Virus record (IMG/VR): IMGVR_UViG_3300042905_000928 | Span: 1 to 63,348 of that record | Source: a virus | Taxonomy: Duplodnaviria > Caudoviricetes | Length of the DNA: 63,348 nt | Reading direction: 5' to 3' (one strand) | Shown here: piece after piece, positions 1 through 9,913 of the stretch | Position numbering within the stretch: the stretch's first letter is position 1 | Layout: the number at the start of each line of letters is the position of its first letter | Translations under genes and position numbers: made by a program | The notes under the pieces: model-generated | Databases searched by the model: none | Told to the model about the DNA's origin: nothing | What the model saw: only the letters and a program-made list of their open reading frames with translations

Positions 1-1
1 A

Positions 2-547
2 GCATTACAGTCAATTACTGAAAACGCTACGATAGACGATGTGATTGCCATGACTGCACAAATGTTGCAGAGCATCAATGAAAACAGCACGCTTGATGAC
101 CTCAGAGCTATAACAGCCCAGTTCAATGTTAGCCGTACAGAGAATATGACCAGTGCGGATGCAGCGACCATCTTGGCGCAGTTCGTACAAAGCCCTGTTG
201 AAAACATGACGATGGCAGAAGCCCAGACAATTATTTCTGTGTTCACGTTTGCCATTATTGAGAATTTGGATGTTGCTGACGTCCTTGCTGCCTCGGCTAC
301 CTTTTTGCAATCCATCACGGAAAACGCAGGTATGGCTGATTCCGCTGGTGTTCAGGCGGCGTTTGCTACAGCAATTAATGAAACATTTTCAATGCTTGAT
401 GACCAATTCCCAAGGGGCTGGTTCTTAATAGATGACAATCAGACGCCAAACTGGCAGAATATCAATAACTCGCAATCTGTAACATGGGCTGAAATTAACA
501 ATGCTGGCCCAAATAACTGGGTGCAAATTAACAACGACCAAGGATAA
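2..547 (+). CDS. virion/tail-associated protein, 5'-truncated
   Basis: Frame is open from base 2; repeated 'xxSITEN...D' units and a Trp-rich C-terminus; lies in the tail module. Confidence 0.6.
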   Translation, partial: ALQSITENATIDDVIAMTAQMLQSINENSTLDDLRAITAQFNVSRTENMTSADAATILAQFVQSPVENMTMAEAQTIISVFTFAIIENLDVADVLAASATFLQSITENAGMADSAGVQAAFATAINETFSMLDDQFPRGWFLIDDNQTPNWQNINNSQSVTWAEINNAGPNNWVQINNDQG

Positions 548-549
548 TT

Positions 550-1326
550 ATGTCAACGTATTCAACAACTTTACGTTTAGAACTCATCGGTGCTGGTGAG
601 CAAGACGGTGTTTGGGGTGAAACCACCAACAATAACTTAGGTGATTTGATTGAAGCCGCAATCACTAATGCGGTAAACATTACCTTTGCAAACACTCAAT
701 ACACCTTATCAGCCAACAACGGCTTGCCAGACGAAGCCCGTAATGCGGTGTTAAACCTTATTGGATCAAACACAGGCGCACAAAACCTGATTGCTCCAGC
801 GGTTGACAAAACGTATATCGTCAAGAACGCCACAGGTGCAGCAGTCACAATTAAGACTTCAAGCGGTTCTGGTGTAGCAATAGCCACAGGCACAACTCGT
901 ATTGTATGGTGTGATGGTACAGACTTTTTTACAGCGGCGGCTTCAACGGTTATTGCTACAACCGCCCCAATCAATTCATCAACTACTGGTGATACGGTTA
1001 CCATTTCAATGGATAACAGTGGTGTTAATGCTGGTTCATACACCTCGCCAAACATAACTGTTGATGTAAAAGGGCGGGTTACTACAGCTTCTAGCGTAAC
1101 ACTTGGCACCATGTCATCTCAGAACGCCAATGCAGTAGCAATTACTGGGGGTAATGCTACACTTACTAACGTTACGGCAACTACAGTTCTTTTAGCTAAT
1201 AACTGGGCTGTAACCGTATCTAGCGGCAAATTGGTATTCCAAGTATCAGGCGTTACAAAAGGTTCTTTAGATAGCTCAGGAAACTTTATTGTGACAGGCA
1301 ACGTAACCGCATACGGAACTCCTTAA
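550..1326 (+). CDS. tail fibre protein
   Basis: Thr/Gly/Ala-rich; 'ITVDVKGRVT' repeat unit; ends GNVTAYG like fibre tips that precede an adhesin. Confidence 0.65.
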   Translation: MSTYSTTLRLELIGAGEQDGVWGETTNNNLGDLIEAAITNAVNITFANTQYTLSANNGLPDEARNAVLNLIGSNTGAQNLIAPAVDKTYIVKNATGAAVTIKTSSGSGVAIATGTTRIVWCDGTDFFTAAASTVIATTAPINSSTTGDTVTISMDNSGVNAGSYTSPNITVDVKGRVTTASSVTLGTMSSQNANAVAITGGNATLTNVTATTVLLANNWAVTVSSGKLVFQVSGVTKGSLDSSGNFIVTGNVTAYGTP

Positions 1327-1327
1327 T

Positions 1328-2050
1328 ATGGCGCTTCCTTCATCTGGGGCAATTAGTTTAGGGGATATCCAAACAGAGTTTGGTGGGTCTAACCCGATTG
1401 CATTGTCTGAGTACTACCAAGGTGGAAGCATCATTGGGGCGGGTGTTTACCCAAATACAATCCCAGCTTCTGGGGTTATTCAGTTAGATGACTTTTATAG
1501 CACCAAGGCAATCCATGCTTACGCAGGTGCAAGTTCACCAACCTATACATATAATGCTTGTATGGGCTACAGCATTGACTACTTTAGAAACAACCAACTA
1601 ACAGTAACCGTTGGGTATTGGGGAAACGGCAATACAAGCTCTTGGACTCAACTGCAATTTAAAACAACTTCAACGCAAACGGCAAACTTTAGAGAAATAG
1701 CGCAATTTACTTTAACAGCAGCTAATGCAAACGTAGTTCAGTATGGAACAATTGCGTCAGGCAATATGCTTTACTACAGCGCACAAATTTTTAGTAATCC
1801 TGTATTGGCATATGGAAACAACGTTAATACATCAGGTGGGTCATCTGGCGCACCAGGTGCAGCTTGGATGGCAGCTGCTAGTTGGGATGGTGTAAACACT
1901 GTTTATATTTACTTAAATCCAAGTCGTAACGGTACTGGCGATACAGGTACAACCATTTCAATGAGCAACATGGGATCTGCAATTAACTACTTAAACGGTG
2001 GCGCAGGTACTGGTGGAGCGCCAGCAACAGTAACTATTACAAGAACATAA
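1328..2050 (+). CDS. tail-fibre tip adhesin / receptor-binding protein
   Basis: N-terminus MALPSSGAISLGDIQTEFGGSNPI typical of phage tip adhesins; Gly-rich C-terminus. Confidence 0.55.
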   Translation: MALPSSGAISLGDIQTEFGGSNPIALSEYYQGGSIIGAGVYPNTIPASGVIQLDDFYSTKAIHAYAGASSPTYTYNACMGYSIDYFRNNQLTVTVGYWGNGNTSSWTQLQFKTTSTQTANFREIAQFTLTAANANVVQYGTIASGNMLYYSAQIFSNPVLAYGNNVNTSGGSSGAPGAAWMAAASWDGVNTVYIYLNPSRNGTGDTGTTISMSNMGSAINYLNGGAGTGGAPATVTITRT

Positions 2051-2247
2051 TGCACTATTTAATAGAACAGGCTAAAAATAACGAAGCCAAAGTTATTTAC
2101 GACATGTTTAAAGCTACTGGTAAAACTGATGGTGAATGGGATACGCTTACTTTAAATAATGGCGGGTCTGCAAAAGCTATTTTGGCGGGCAATACTATAA
2201 CTTTGACATATGTAGATGGAACTATTTCCACTTATACGGAGCAATAA
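2050..2247 (+). CDS. hypothetical protein
   Basis: Translationally coupled (TAATG) at both ends. Confidence 0.6.
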   Translation: MHYLIEQAKNNEAKVIYDMFKATGKTDGEWDTLTLNNGGSAKAILAGNTITLTYVDGTISTYTEQ

Positions 2248-2723
2248 TGCGTAACTTAACAGCTCTCCTTGTTGGCTTACTGATCGGTGGATTTACTGCC
2301 ACAACTATGGCTCAAGACACTACAATTAACTACAAAGGTCAGCCTCCAGCAGGTGCTATGGCACCAAGTATCTCTTCGTTCAGTCAAGATAACTGTTTGG
2401 TTGCAGTCTCTGGGGCTATTAGCTCTACAGTCATTGGATTTTCTGGTGGATCCTATATGATGGACGAAGATTGCTCAAGACGTAAGTGGGCAACCTTTTT
2501 ATCTAACAATGGTCTTAAAGTTGCTGCTGTAGCTATTGCCTGTTCTGCAAGACAAGAAAACTGGGATGCCATGATGATGTCAGGCACGCCTTGTCCGATT
2601 GATGGTCTCGTGGGTGATGCTGCCCGTAACGAGTGGATTAAACGTTACCCTGAAAAGTTTAAGAAATTATATGGCTCGGTTCCTCCTCTCGTTGATCTTG
2701 CTGTTAACCCTACTAAGGAGTGA
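2247..2723 (+). CDS. secreted Cys-containing hypothetical protein
   Basis: Signal-peptide-like N-terminus; motifs APSI..C..VSGA, KVAAVAIAC, GTPCP. Confidence 0.65.
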   Translation: MRNLTALLVGLLIGGFTATTMAQDTTINYKGQPPAGAMAPSISSFSQDNCLVAVSGAISSTVIGFSGGSYMMDEDCSRRKWATFLSNNGLKVAAVAIACSARQENWDAMMMSGTPCPIDGLVGDAARNEWIKRYPEKFKKLYGSVPPLVDLAVNPTKE

Positions 2724-3597
2724 GTATGTTCAAGCGGCTTGTTATGCTGGTACGTGGTCTAATGGGGTGCCAGTCTACAGCACCCTCTTCGTTGACGGTG
2801 GAACAACCCTCGCCCAGTGCCAAGCGCTCGCGTGCCAGTACTACCCAAGCATCTCCCAAAGCTGTTCGCAACCCTGCCAGCAAGTCAGCGAAACGCAAAC
2901 CCAAAACTGTCCAGTCAACTACAGCGGCCAAATCACGCAAACCCGCATCAAAACCTGCCCAGACAACCAGTGGCAAGCGTGGACGACCACGCAAAATACC
3001 TGCGTAGCTAACCCACCGACATGTCAAATATCAAGCCAACAACAAACACTCAGCTGCCAGACAGGCTATACGGGGAGCATTACCCAGACTCGTTCCTCGA
3101 TGTGTCCAGACCCATACGGGAGTCCAACGTGGCAACCTTGGGTGACTACATCAGACACTTGCAAGAAGTCAATCAACAACCCGACCAATCCTGTGTCGCC
3201 TGTGTCGCCCCTGAATCCAAGTTCGACCACATCTGCCCCAACAATCCAATCCTCACCTGTAACTGCACCGACCCCAAATACTGTGCAGAACTCGGAAACG
3301 ACCCCGACAACCAATACAGAGACCAAGACGGAGACAAAGACGGATTCGCAGACAACATCGACTACACAGGTATCCCCACCCCCAAAGGGAAAGGCGCAAT
3401 CAGTGGTTGGCCTTGTGTTGTCGTTGGATCTGTTCCTCAAACCTGGGTTAGTACAACCGAACGTATTTCCAGAAGTGAGCATAGTGCAGGGCATACCGAA
3501 CAACATACTGACGCAGGACTTAATAATGATGGACCTGTTACAACAAACGGGCTATAACCAACCATTTGATGCACCCGACTTAGGATTTGAACAATGA
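2671..3597 (+). CDS. secreted Cys-rich repeat protein with Thr/Pro stalk
   Basis: ATG at 2671 gives signal peptide MARFLLSLILLLTLL; two C..Y.G.ITQTR...CPD...WQ.W.TT..TC repeats; T/S/P-rich linker. Confidence 0.65.
   Translation: MARFLLSLILLLTLLRSEYVQAACYAGTWSNGVPVYSTLFVDGGTTLAQCQALACQYYPSISQSCSQPCQQVSETQTQNCPVNYSGQITQTRIKTCPDNQWQAWTTTQNTCVANPPTCQISSQQQTLSCQTGYTGSITQTRSSMCPDPYGSPTWQPWVTTSDTCKKSINNPTNPVSPVSPLNPSSTTSAPTIQSSPVTAPTPNTVQNSETTPTTNTETKTETKTDSQTTSTTQVSPPPKGKAQSVVGLVLSLDLFLKPGLVQPNVFPEVSIVQGIPNNILTQDLIMMDLLQQTGYNQPFDAPDLGFEQ
2726..3007 (+). CDS. candidate overprinted basic protein with C-terminal AT-hook
   Basis: AAGGAG at 2715-2720, ATG at 2726; K/A/S/P-rich; ends KRGRPRKIPA; nested in +1 frame of 2671..3597. 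Confidence 0.45.
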   Translation: MFKRLVMLVRGLMGCQSTAPSSLTVEQPSPSAKRSRASTTQASPKAVRNPASKSAKRKPKTVQSTTAAKSRKPASKPAQTTSGKRGRPRKIPA

Positions 3598-4046
3598 GTG
3601 ATTTAGAGAAATTAGACCAAGTACAAGGCTTTGTAGATAAGTGGGTAACTTGGGCCAAACAGAACACAATGGTGGCTGGCTTTATCATTGCTGGCGTACC
3701 TGTTATTTTAGGTGCTGGCTACACAGGCATTACTAAGTTTAACGAAGTCAAAGAGATGTACGAAGGCTACAGCGACACCGCCTCATCTGCAGCAGCTGCA
3801 GAGCGCAAGGTTAAGATATTAGAAGAGAAGGTAGCTGACCAGCGTGAAGTCATTGCTAAGATGCAGGAACGCCTAGCCGAGGCATTGATGGCAGCTCGTG
3901 AAGCTAAGATTGTTGCAGAAAGCACACAGAAAGAACTACGCTCTGGCATGGCTGCACAAAAGGTTGAGCTGGATGTGACAAGTTCTACACTTCGCTCTGA
4001 GATGAACACACTAAAACGTGCAACAACTAACCGATTGGGGAACTAA
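3594..4046 (+). CDS. membrane-anchored coiled-coil protein (i-spanin-like topology)
   Basis: One TM segment followed by a heptad-rich region, directly upstream of holin and endolysin. Confidence 0.5.
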   Translation: MSDLEKLDQVQGFVDKWVTWAKQNTMVAGFIIAGVPVILGAGYTGITKFNEVKEMYEGYSDTASSAAAAERKVKILEEKVADQREVIAKMQERLAEALMAAREAKIVAESTQKELRSGMAAQKVELDVTSSTLRSEMNTLKRATTNRLGN

Positions 4047-4550
4047 ATGTTATCGCTAATTTCAACACTAGGCGGCTTACTAATCTCAGGATTGCCAAAC
4101 GTATTGGGTTTCTTTCAAGATAAGTCTGACAAGAAGCATGAACTAGACTTAGCTCAGATGCAGACCGAGCGCGAGATTCAGATGATGGAGCGTGGCTTTG
4201 TTGCTCAAGCCAAGGTAGAAGAAATCCGCACAGATCAAGTCATGATGCAGACTGATGCAGGTATGACCAAAGCAGCTTATGAGCATGATGCTAAGGTATT
4301 GGCTAGGGCAGCTCCGTGGTCTTCTACATTCGTGGCTACAGTTCGCCCGATGGTAACTTATTTGTTTGTTGCTGAGTTGTTCATTATTAACATTGGTATT
4401 GGTATCTATGTGTTTACCCACCCAGGCGTTATTACAAACATTGAAGACTTGTTAAAGATTTCTGATGAGATTTTTAGCCAAGATGAGATGGCTATGCTAG
4501 GCGGTATTATTGGTTACTGGTTCGGTTCACGTGGGTGGTCTAAAAAGTGA
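4047..4550 (+). CDS. holin (3TM holin-like)
   Basis: Hydrophobic segments, VRP motif, C-terminal YWFGSR; adjacent to lysozyme. Confidence 0.7.
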   Translation: MLSLISTLGGLLISGLPNVLGFFQDKSDKKHELDLAQMQTEREIQMMERGFVAQAKVEEIRTDQVMMQTDAGMTKAAYEHDAKVLARAAPWSSTFVATVRPMVTYLFVAELFIINIGIGIYVFTHPGVITNIEDLLKISDEIFSQDEMAMLGGIIGYWFGSRGWSKK

Positions 4551-5023
4551 AAGTAAGCGAAAAGCTTATTGAGATGATTAAACATGACGAAGGGGTGAGA
4601 ACCTCCCCTTACCAATGCCCTGCCCTGTTGTGGACCGTGGGCGTGGGCCATGTGATTGATCCTACCCATGCTAGAGTTAAGTTAGAAAACAGGAAGGCAC
4701 TGCCCATTCCTGATGGTTGGAACCGTGTTTTAAGTATGGATGAAGTTAACGACATTCTTAAAAAAGACTTGGCACGCTTTGAGGCTGGCGTTCATCGTTT
4801 ATGCCCAGGTGAGATGACACAAGGTCAGTTTGATGCTTTGGTTAGTTTTTCATTCAACGTTGGTCTTGGTAACTTGCAGAACAGCACCCTGCGCATGAAG
4901 CACAACCGAAAAGAATTTGGTGCTGCAGCAGAAGAGTTCTTGAAGTGGAACAAGGCTGGTGGTAAAGTGTTAAAAGGGCTAGATAAACGCCGCAGAGGCG
5001 AAAAAGCCTTATACGAATCTTAG
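4547..5023 (+). CDS. endolysin, GH24 lysozyme
   Basis: HDEG..PY.C....WTVGVGH, QFDALVSFSFNVG, GL..RR..E motifs. Confidence 0.92.
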   Translation: MKVSEKLIEMIKHDEGVRTSPYQCPALLWTVGVGHVIDPTHARVKLENRKALPIPDGWNRVLSMDEVNDILKKDLARFEAGVHRLCPGEMTQGQFDALVSFSFNVGLGNLQNSTLRMKHNRKEFGAAAEEFLKWNKAGGKVLKGLDKRRRGEKALYES

Positions 5024-5031
5024 GGTAAACC

Positions 5032-6936
5032 ATGCCATTACAAAAGCTAGTATTTCGACCAGGCGTCAACAAAGAGAACACTAACTACTCTGGTGAGGGT
5101 GGTTGGTTTGAGTGTGACAAGATTCGCTTCCGTTCTGGCTTCCCTGAAAAACTTGGTGGCTGGACACGTTTTTCTAACGATCAGTTTCTAGGCACATGCC
5201 GTTCTTTAAATAACTGGACCTTATTAAACGGAGTAAGTCTTATTGGGGTTGGTACAAACTCTAAGATGTACTTGAATAAAGGTGGCGCTTATTACGACAT
5301 CACGCCTGTTTATGACGTTACGGTCAATGCCTCTACAGCTACATCAGGTCCATTCTTTGCCTCAAACGGGAGTAACTCTGTTACTGTAGTGGATGCTACC
5401 TACAACCCAGAGGCAGGTGACTATGTTATCTTTTCAGGTGCTGCTAATCTATATAACACTAGCGGTAACGTATCTGCTGTTGTTTTAAATCAAGAGTATG
5501 AAGTAGCCTCGGTTGTTAACGCTACAGCGTACACCGTGATTATCCCTACAACAGCAACTGCCAATGACATCCGTCATGGTGGTAACTCAACCACAATCAC
5601 TTACTTATTACCATCTGGTAATGACGTCTATACGATTGGTACAGGCTGGGGCGCTGGTCCTTGGTCACGCGGCACTTGGAGTTCTGGCTATACAACAGGT
5701 ATTGGTTCACAGTTACGCCTATGGACTCAAGATAACTTTGGCGAAGACTTTATCTTTGCTCCTCGTGGTGGTGAGCTTTACTACTGGGATGCAAACGTGG
5801 GGGTTACTACTCGTGCTATTACTTTAGAAGCAGCTGCTAATGCCGCAACTTACTCAGGGCAATTTGTTCCAAACACAACCAATCAGGTTATTTCGTCCGC
5901 TGTGCAACGGTTTGTTATTTGCTTTGGTGCAAACCCTTACGACCCAACCGACCCAAACACAGCATTTGACCCGTTGTTGATTCGTTGGTCTGACCAAGAA
6001 AACCCATTTGATTGGGTTCCATCAGCGACTAATCAGTCTGGTGAACAACGCCTAACCATCGGCTCATCAATTATTCAAGCGGTCAATACTCGTCAAGAGA
6101 TTGTCGTGTATACCGATGCTGCGGTTTACTCTATGCAGTATCTAGGCCCACCGTACGTATTTGGCTTCCAGCTCTTACAGGACAACATCTCAATCATAAG
6201 TCCGAGATCAGCCATTACAATTAACAACGTTACCTACTGGATGGGTAAAGATAAGTTCTTCTCATACTCTGGTCGTGTTGAAACATTACCATCTAGCTTG
6301 CGAACTTTCGTATTCCAAAACTTAAACAGAGACCAGTCTTGGCAAGTGTTTGCCGCCTCTAACGAACAGTACTCAGAGGTGTGGTGGTTCTACTGTTCTA
6401 CCAATTCTTTGGTCGTGGATAGTTATGTGATTTACAACTATTTAGACCGTGTATGGTATTACGGTACATTAGGACGTACAGCATGGCTTGATTCTGGCAC
6501 ACAACAACACCCTATTGGGGCTGACTACAATCGCCGCTTACTTAACCATGAAGATGGTGTAGATGACGTTTCAGGACCATCCGCTGTAGCTATTAATTCT
6601 TACATTCAGTCATCTGACTTTGATATTGGTGATGGACATAACTTTGGCTTTGTATGGCGTATCTTGCCTGACATTACATTTAACAGCTCAACAACTGCTA
6701 ATCCGTCAGGAACCATGGTGGTTAAACCAAGAACCAATGCTGGATCTGCTTACGGCGCTCCAAATGAACCAACGGTTACTCGTACTGTAGCCTTCCCAGT
6801 AGAACAGTTTACTGGTCAGGTCTATACCCGTATCCGTGGCAGACAGATGGCGTTCCGCATGGAGTCAACAAACTTAGGCGTTACATGGCAGTTAGGCAGC
6901 CCACGTATTGATATTCGCCCAGACGGACGTAGGTAA
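5032..6936 (+). CDS. tail hub / packaged-DNA stabilisation protein (P22 gp10-like)
   Basis: 634 aa, beta-rich, IRWSDQE motif; located before the ejection genes. Confidence 0.65.
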   Translation: MPLQKLVFRPGVNKENTNYSGEGGWFECDKIRFRSGFPEKLGGWTRFSNDQFLGTCRSLNNWTLLNGVSLIGVGTNSKMYLNKGGAYYDITPVYDVTVNASTATSGPFFASNGSNSVTVVDATYNPEAGDYVIFSGAANLYNTSGNVSAVVLNQEYEVASVVNATAYTVIIPTTATANDIRHGGNSTTITYLLPSGNDVYTIGTGWGAGPWSRGTWSSGYTTGIGSQLRLWTQDNFGEDFIFAPRGGELYYWDANVGVTTRAITLEAAANAATYSGQFVPNTTNQVISSAVQRFVICFGANPYDPTDPNTAFDPLLIRWSDQENPFDWVPSATNQSGEQRLTIGSSIIQAVNTRQEIVVYTDAAVYSMQYLGPPYVFGFQLLQDNISIISPRSAITINNVTYWMGKDKFFSYSGRVETLPSSLRTFVFQNLNRDQSWQVFAASNEQYSEVWWFYCSTNSLVVDSYVIYNYLDRVWYYGTLGRTAWLDSGTQQHPIGADYNRRLLNHEDGVDDVSGPSAVAINSYIQSSDFDIGDGHNFGFVWRILPDITFNSSTTANPSGTMVVKPRTNAGSAYGAPNEPTVTRTVAFPVEQFTGQVYTRIRGRQMAFRMESTNLGVTWQLGSPRIDIRPDGRR

Positions 6937-7610
6937 TGGCTAATTTAATCCCACCAAAGGCCCCCAACCTCTTACTTGCCCCGCCAAGTGAGTATGAAGC
7001 ACGGTATCACGAACAGCTTAACAACGCTTTGCGTTTGTACTTTAATACAATTGATAATGGATTAAGTGCTTTTTTTGGGTCACTAGGTGGTGGAAACATA
7101 AGCTTACCGTTTATTGAAGCATCTGACAGCACCACACAATATGCAGCCGCAACCAATACATCAACAATTGTAAAGTGGAATACAACGGCTTTAAATAACG
7201 GTTTTACATTAAACGTAGGCAATACAGCCACTGCACTGGTTTCTGGTATTTATAAGATTACTTACAGCCTACAGTTTGCCAATGATGACAACGCAATCCA
7301 CAATGCTATTGTCTGGCTACGGGTTAACGGTTCAACCTCAGCAGCAGATGTACCCAATTCAACAACTACTTTTACCTTGCAAGCTCGTAAAAGCGCCTCT
7401 CTTCCAAACTTTGTTTGCGGATACTCCGAAGTCGTGTTTTCACTAAATGCTGGCGATACAGTTGGTTTATGGTGGGGTACAGACCAAGCAGCAACAGCTG
7501 GTGGCGTTGACGGGGTATACATATATTCTTTGGTAGCTCAAACAACTCCAATGGCATACCCAGCAACTCCGTCTTCCATTGGTTCAATAACGTTTGTATC
7601 GGCACTTTAA
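6936..7610 (+). CDS. virion tail protein (needle/knob-like)
   Basis: Helical N-terminus then beta-rich domain; coupled to the hub gene. Confidence 0.45.
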   Translation: MANLIPPKAPNLLLAPPSEYEARYHEQLNNALRLYFNTIDNGLSAFFGSLGGGNISLPFIEASDSTTQYAAATNTSTIVKWNTTALNNGFTLNVGNTATALVSGIYKITYSLQFANDDNAIHNAIVWLRVNGSTSAADVPNSTTTFTLQARKSASLPNFVCGYSEVVFSLNAGDTVGLWWGTDQAATAGGVDGVYIYSLVAQTTPMAYPATPSSIGSITFVSAL

Positions 7611-7650
7611 TGATGATAAACTTCAACATAATTAACTCAGCGAGGCAAGA

Positions 7651-9492
7651 ATGAGCCTACAAGCAACAGCTAACCTTTTACAACAGCAGGGTCGTGGCAA
7701 CGACAAGATGCTTGTACACATGACTCCGCGTGAGGTTGCGGGCTTGGAAGCCATTGCCAGAGCCAAAGGTGGCTCATTAACCATCAACCCAAAGACTGGT
7801 CTTCCAGAAGCTGGGTTTTTAGATGACATATTACCGATTGCTGCATCTGCGGCATTGATGTACTTTGGTGGTCCTTTAGGCGCATCTATTGGTCAAAGTA
7901 TGGGTTTATCTGGTGCTTTAGCTCAAGGCGTAGGCATGGGCTTATTAACTGGTGGCGCTACAACATTATTGACTGGCGACATAAATAAGGGTTTAAAGAC
8001 AGGCTTGACCTCAGGTATTCTTTCTGGCGGTATGGCAGCTATGTCTGGTCCGTCAACCATTGATATGCCTACATCTAACGTAGACACATCTACCGCAGCC
8101 TTAGAATCAGTTAAGGCAGCACCACAAACCTGGGCTGATATGCCAAACGCATCAGAAGGATTTACGCCAGGTCAGCCATATAACGTTTATCCAAGCGACA
8201 TAGCTGGTCCTCCAAAGTCAGCTATGACAACTGACAAGGGCTTTTTTGGTAATTTGTCTGGTAATCAAAAGTTAGCCATGGGCTTAGGCGGTGCTGGCGC
8301 ATTATCACTATTAGGTGGTATGGATAATAAAGGCGTATCTGTTCCTCAAGACAAAGGCACTATCCGTCCTTACGAATACAGCACAGCTATGAGACCTCCT
8401 CAAGCTGGTCAATCACAATACTTCCAACCTATTCAATACGATATAGTTGGCAGACCATCACAGCCAATAGATACCAGTGAGCGTAACTATTTCACTCAAG
8501 GATACAAGGCTCTACCAACCTACGAAGCTGCCGATGGCGGTCAAGTTCCACAGTTAAACAATATGCCTGCTGGTGGTTTGGCAGCTATTCAAGGTATGCG
8601 TGAGGGTTACGCACCAATGACAACGGTTGGTGGTGATATACCTCAGTTTTCTAATGGTGGGGATACAGGCGATTCCACATCTGACTTGATGGCGCAGTAC
8701 AAAAAGTTAAGAGCTTTGAACATTCAGTTAGAGCCAAAACTTGAAGAGTTAGCTAATCAAAAGCTTAAGTTTCAAGGTGGTGAGTCCATACCAGACCGTT
8801 TTATTCTTGAAAAAATGAAAGCAGCCCAGCCAGACCAGATGCGTAATGTTGGTCAACAACCAATGGGAATGGTTGAAGGCTCACAAATGATGGACAGAAA
8901 TGCTATGTATGGCGGTAAGCCGCCAAGTGATATTGGTATTATGCCTCAGAGCTTAAACCCAAAAAACTTGTCTGGCATGGCAAATATTAACAGTCAGTTA
9001 GATGACGAAACACGTTTAAAACTTATGGCAGCTGGGCATCGTAATCAAATGGGTTCAGGAATTAATCGTATTGGTGCTGGCGTAACACGTCAACTAGACA
9101 GAGATTCTGACCTATCAGCTTTCTATGAAAGAAGTCCTGGATCACGAGACCAGATGGGTGGAGTTAAATACAGCAAACGGTTTAATGAAGGCGGTATGTC
9201 TGCTGGTGACTTAGGTGGTTACTCTGATGGTGGACGTATGCTCAAAGGTCCAGGAGATGGCGTTTCTGACTCTATCCCAGCAACAATTAATAACAAACAG
9301 CCAGCTCGTTTGGCTGATGGTGAGTTTGTAATCCCAGCTCGTATTGTTTCTGAGTTGGGTAACGGGTCTACTGATGCAGGCGCAAAACGCCTCTATGCCA
9401 TGATGGATCGTATCCAAGCAGACAGAAAGAAGACCGTAGGCAAAGATAAGGTGGCTGTAGACTCTAAAGCCAAGAAACATTTGCCAGCATGA
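7651..9492 (+). CDS. internal virion / DNA ejection protein
   Basis: Gly/Met-rich; TINPKTGLPE and GPGDGVSDSIPA...LADGEFV motifs; position in ejection module. Confidence 0.6.
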   Translation: MSLQATANLLQQQGRGNDKMLVHMTPREVAGLEAIARAKGGSLTINPKTGLPEAGFLDDILPIAASAALMYFGGPLGASIGQSMGLSGALAQGVGMGLLTGGATTLLTGDINKGLKTGLTSGILSGGMAAMSGPSTIDMPTSNVDTSTAALESVKAAPQTWADMPNASEGFTPGQPYNVYPSDIAGPPKSAMTTDKGFFGNLSGNQKLAMGLGGAGALSLLGGMDNKGVSVPQDKGTIRPYEYSTAMRPPQAGQSQYFQPIQYDIVGRPSQPIDTSERNYFTQGYKALPTYEAADGGQVPQLNNMPAGGLAAIQGMREGYAPMTTVGGDIPQFSNGGDTGDSTSDLMAQYKKLRALNIQLEPKLEELANQKLKFQGGESIPDRFILEKMKAAQPDQMRNVGQQPMGMVEGSQMMDRNAMYGGKPPSDIGIMPQSLNPKNLSGMANINSQLDDETRLKLMAAGHRNQMGSGINRIGAGVTRQLDRDSDLSAFYERSPGSRDQMGGVKYSKRFNEGGMSAGDLGGYSDGGRMLKGPGDGVSDSIPATINNKQPARLADGEFVIPARIVSELGNGSTDAGAKRLYAMMDRIQADRKKTVGKDKVAVDSKAKKHLPA

Positions 9493-9911
9493 TAGAAGTT
9501 TCTATGGTTCCTAATGAATACATAGATACCTGCTGGGATAAGGTTGAGAAGTTTGCAGCAAAAGCAACCAAATATACCTTTGGTCGTTATACGTCAGATG
9601 ATATTTATGACTGTGTTAAAGAGCATGACTATCAAATGTGGGTGGCTTATGAGCCATCAGGTGAGTTTAAAGGAGTAGTTATAACTAACGTTGTCAACTA
9701 CCCCAAAAGAAAGTTACTAGCTATGCAGTTTTGTGGCGGTGAGGATTTAAAGCAGTGGAAAGAACCAATGCTTGATTTGTTAAAGAAGTTCGGACGGGCA
9801 TCTGGCTGTGATGGAATTGAGTCGACAGGCAGACCAGGATGGGCTAAAGTGTTTAAAGACGATGGTTACAAGGCAACATGGGTAACCTATGAACTACCTC
9901 TCGGAGAATAA
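9489..9911 (+). CDS. GNAT-like virion assembly protein
   Basis: 140 aa, GRPGW motif; typical position between ejection genes. Confidence 0.5.
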   Translation: MIEVSMVPNEYIDTCWDKVEKFAAKATKYTFGRYTSDDIYDCVKEHDYQMWVAYEPSGEFKGVVITNVVNYPKRKLLAMQFCGGEDLKQWKEPMLDLLKKFGRASGCDGIESTGRPGWAKVFKDDGYKATWVTYELPLGE

Positions 9912-9913
9912 AT

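Noticed and set aside
3021-3557. Third-frame 178-aa ORF and antisense ORFs over the Cys-rich gene
   Set aside because: No RBS; explained by stop-poor, C-rich composition.
6692-6700. CAACTGCTA inside the tail-hub gene (also at 59835-59843)
   Set aside because: Coding Thr-Ala codons, lacking the final G and the purine tract; treated as chance. Shows the 9-mer alone is not specific.
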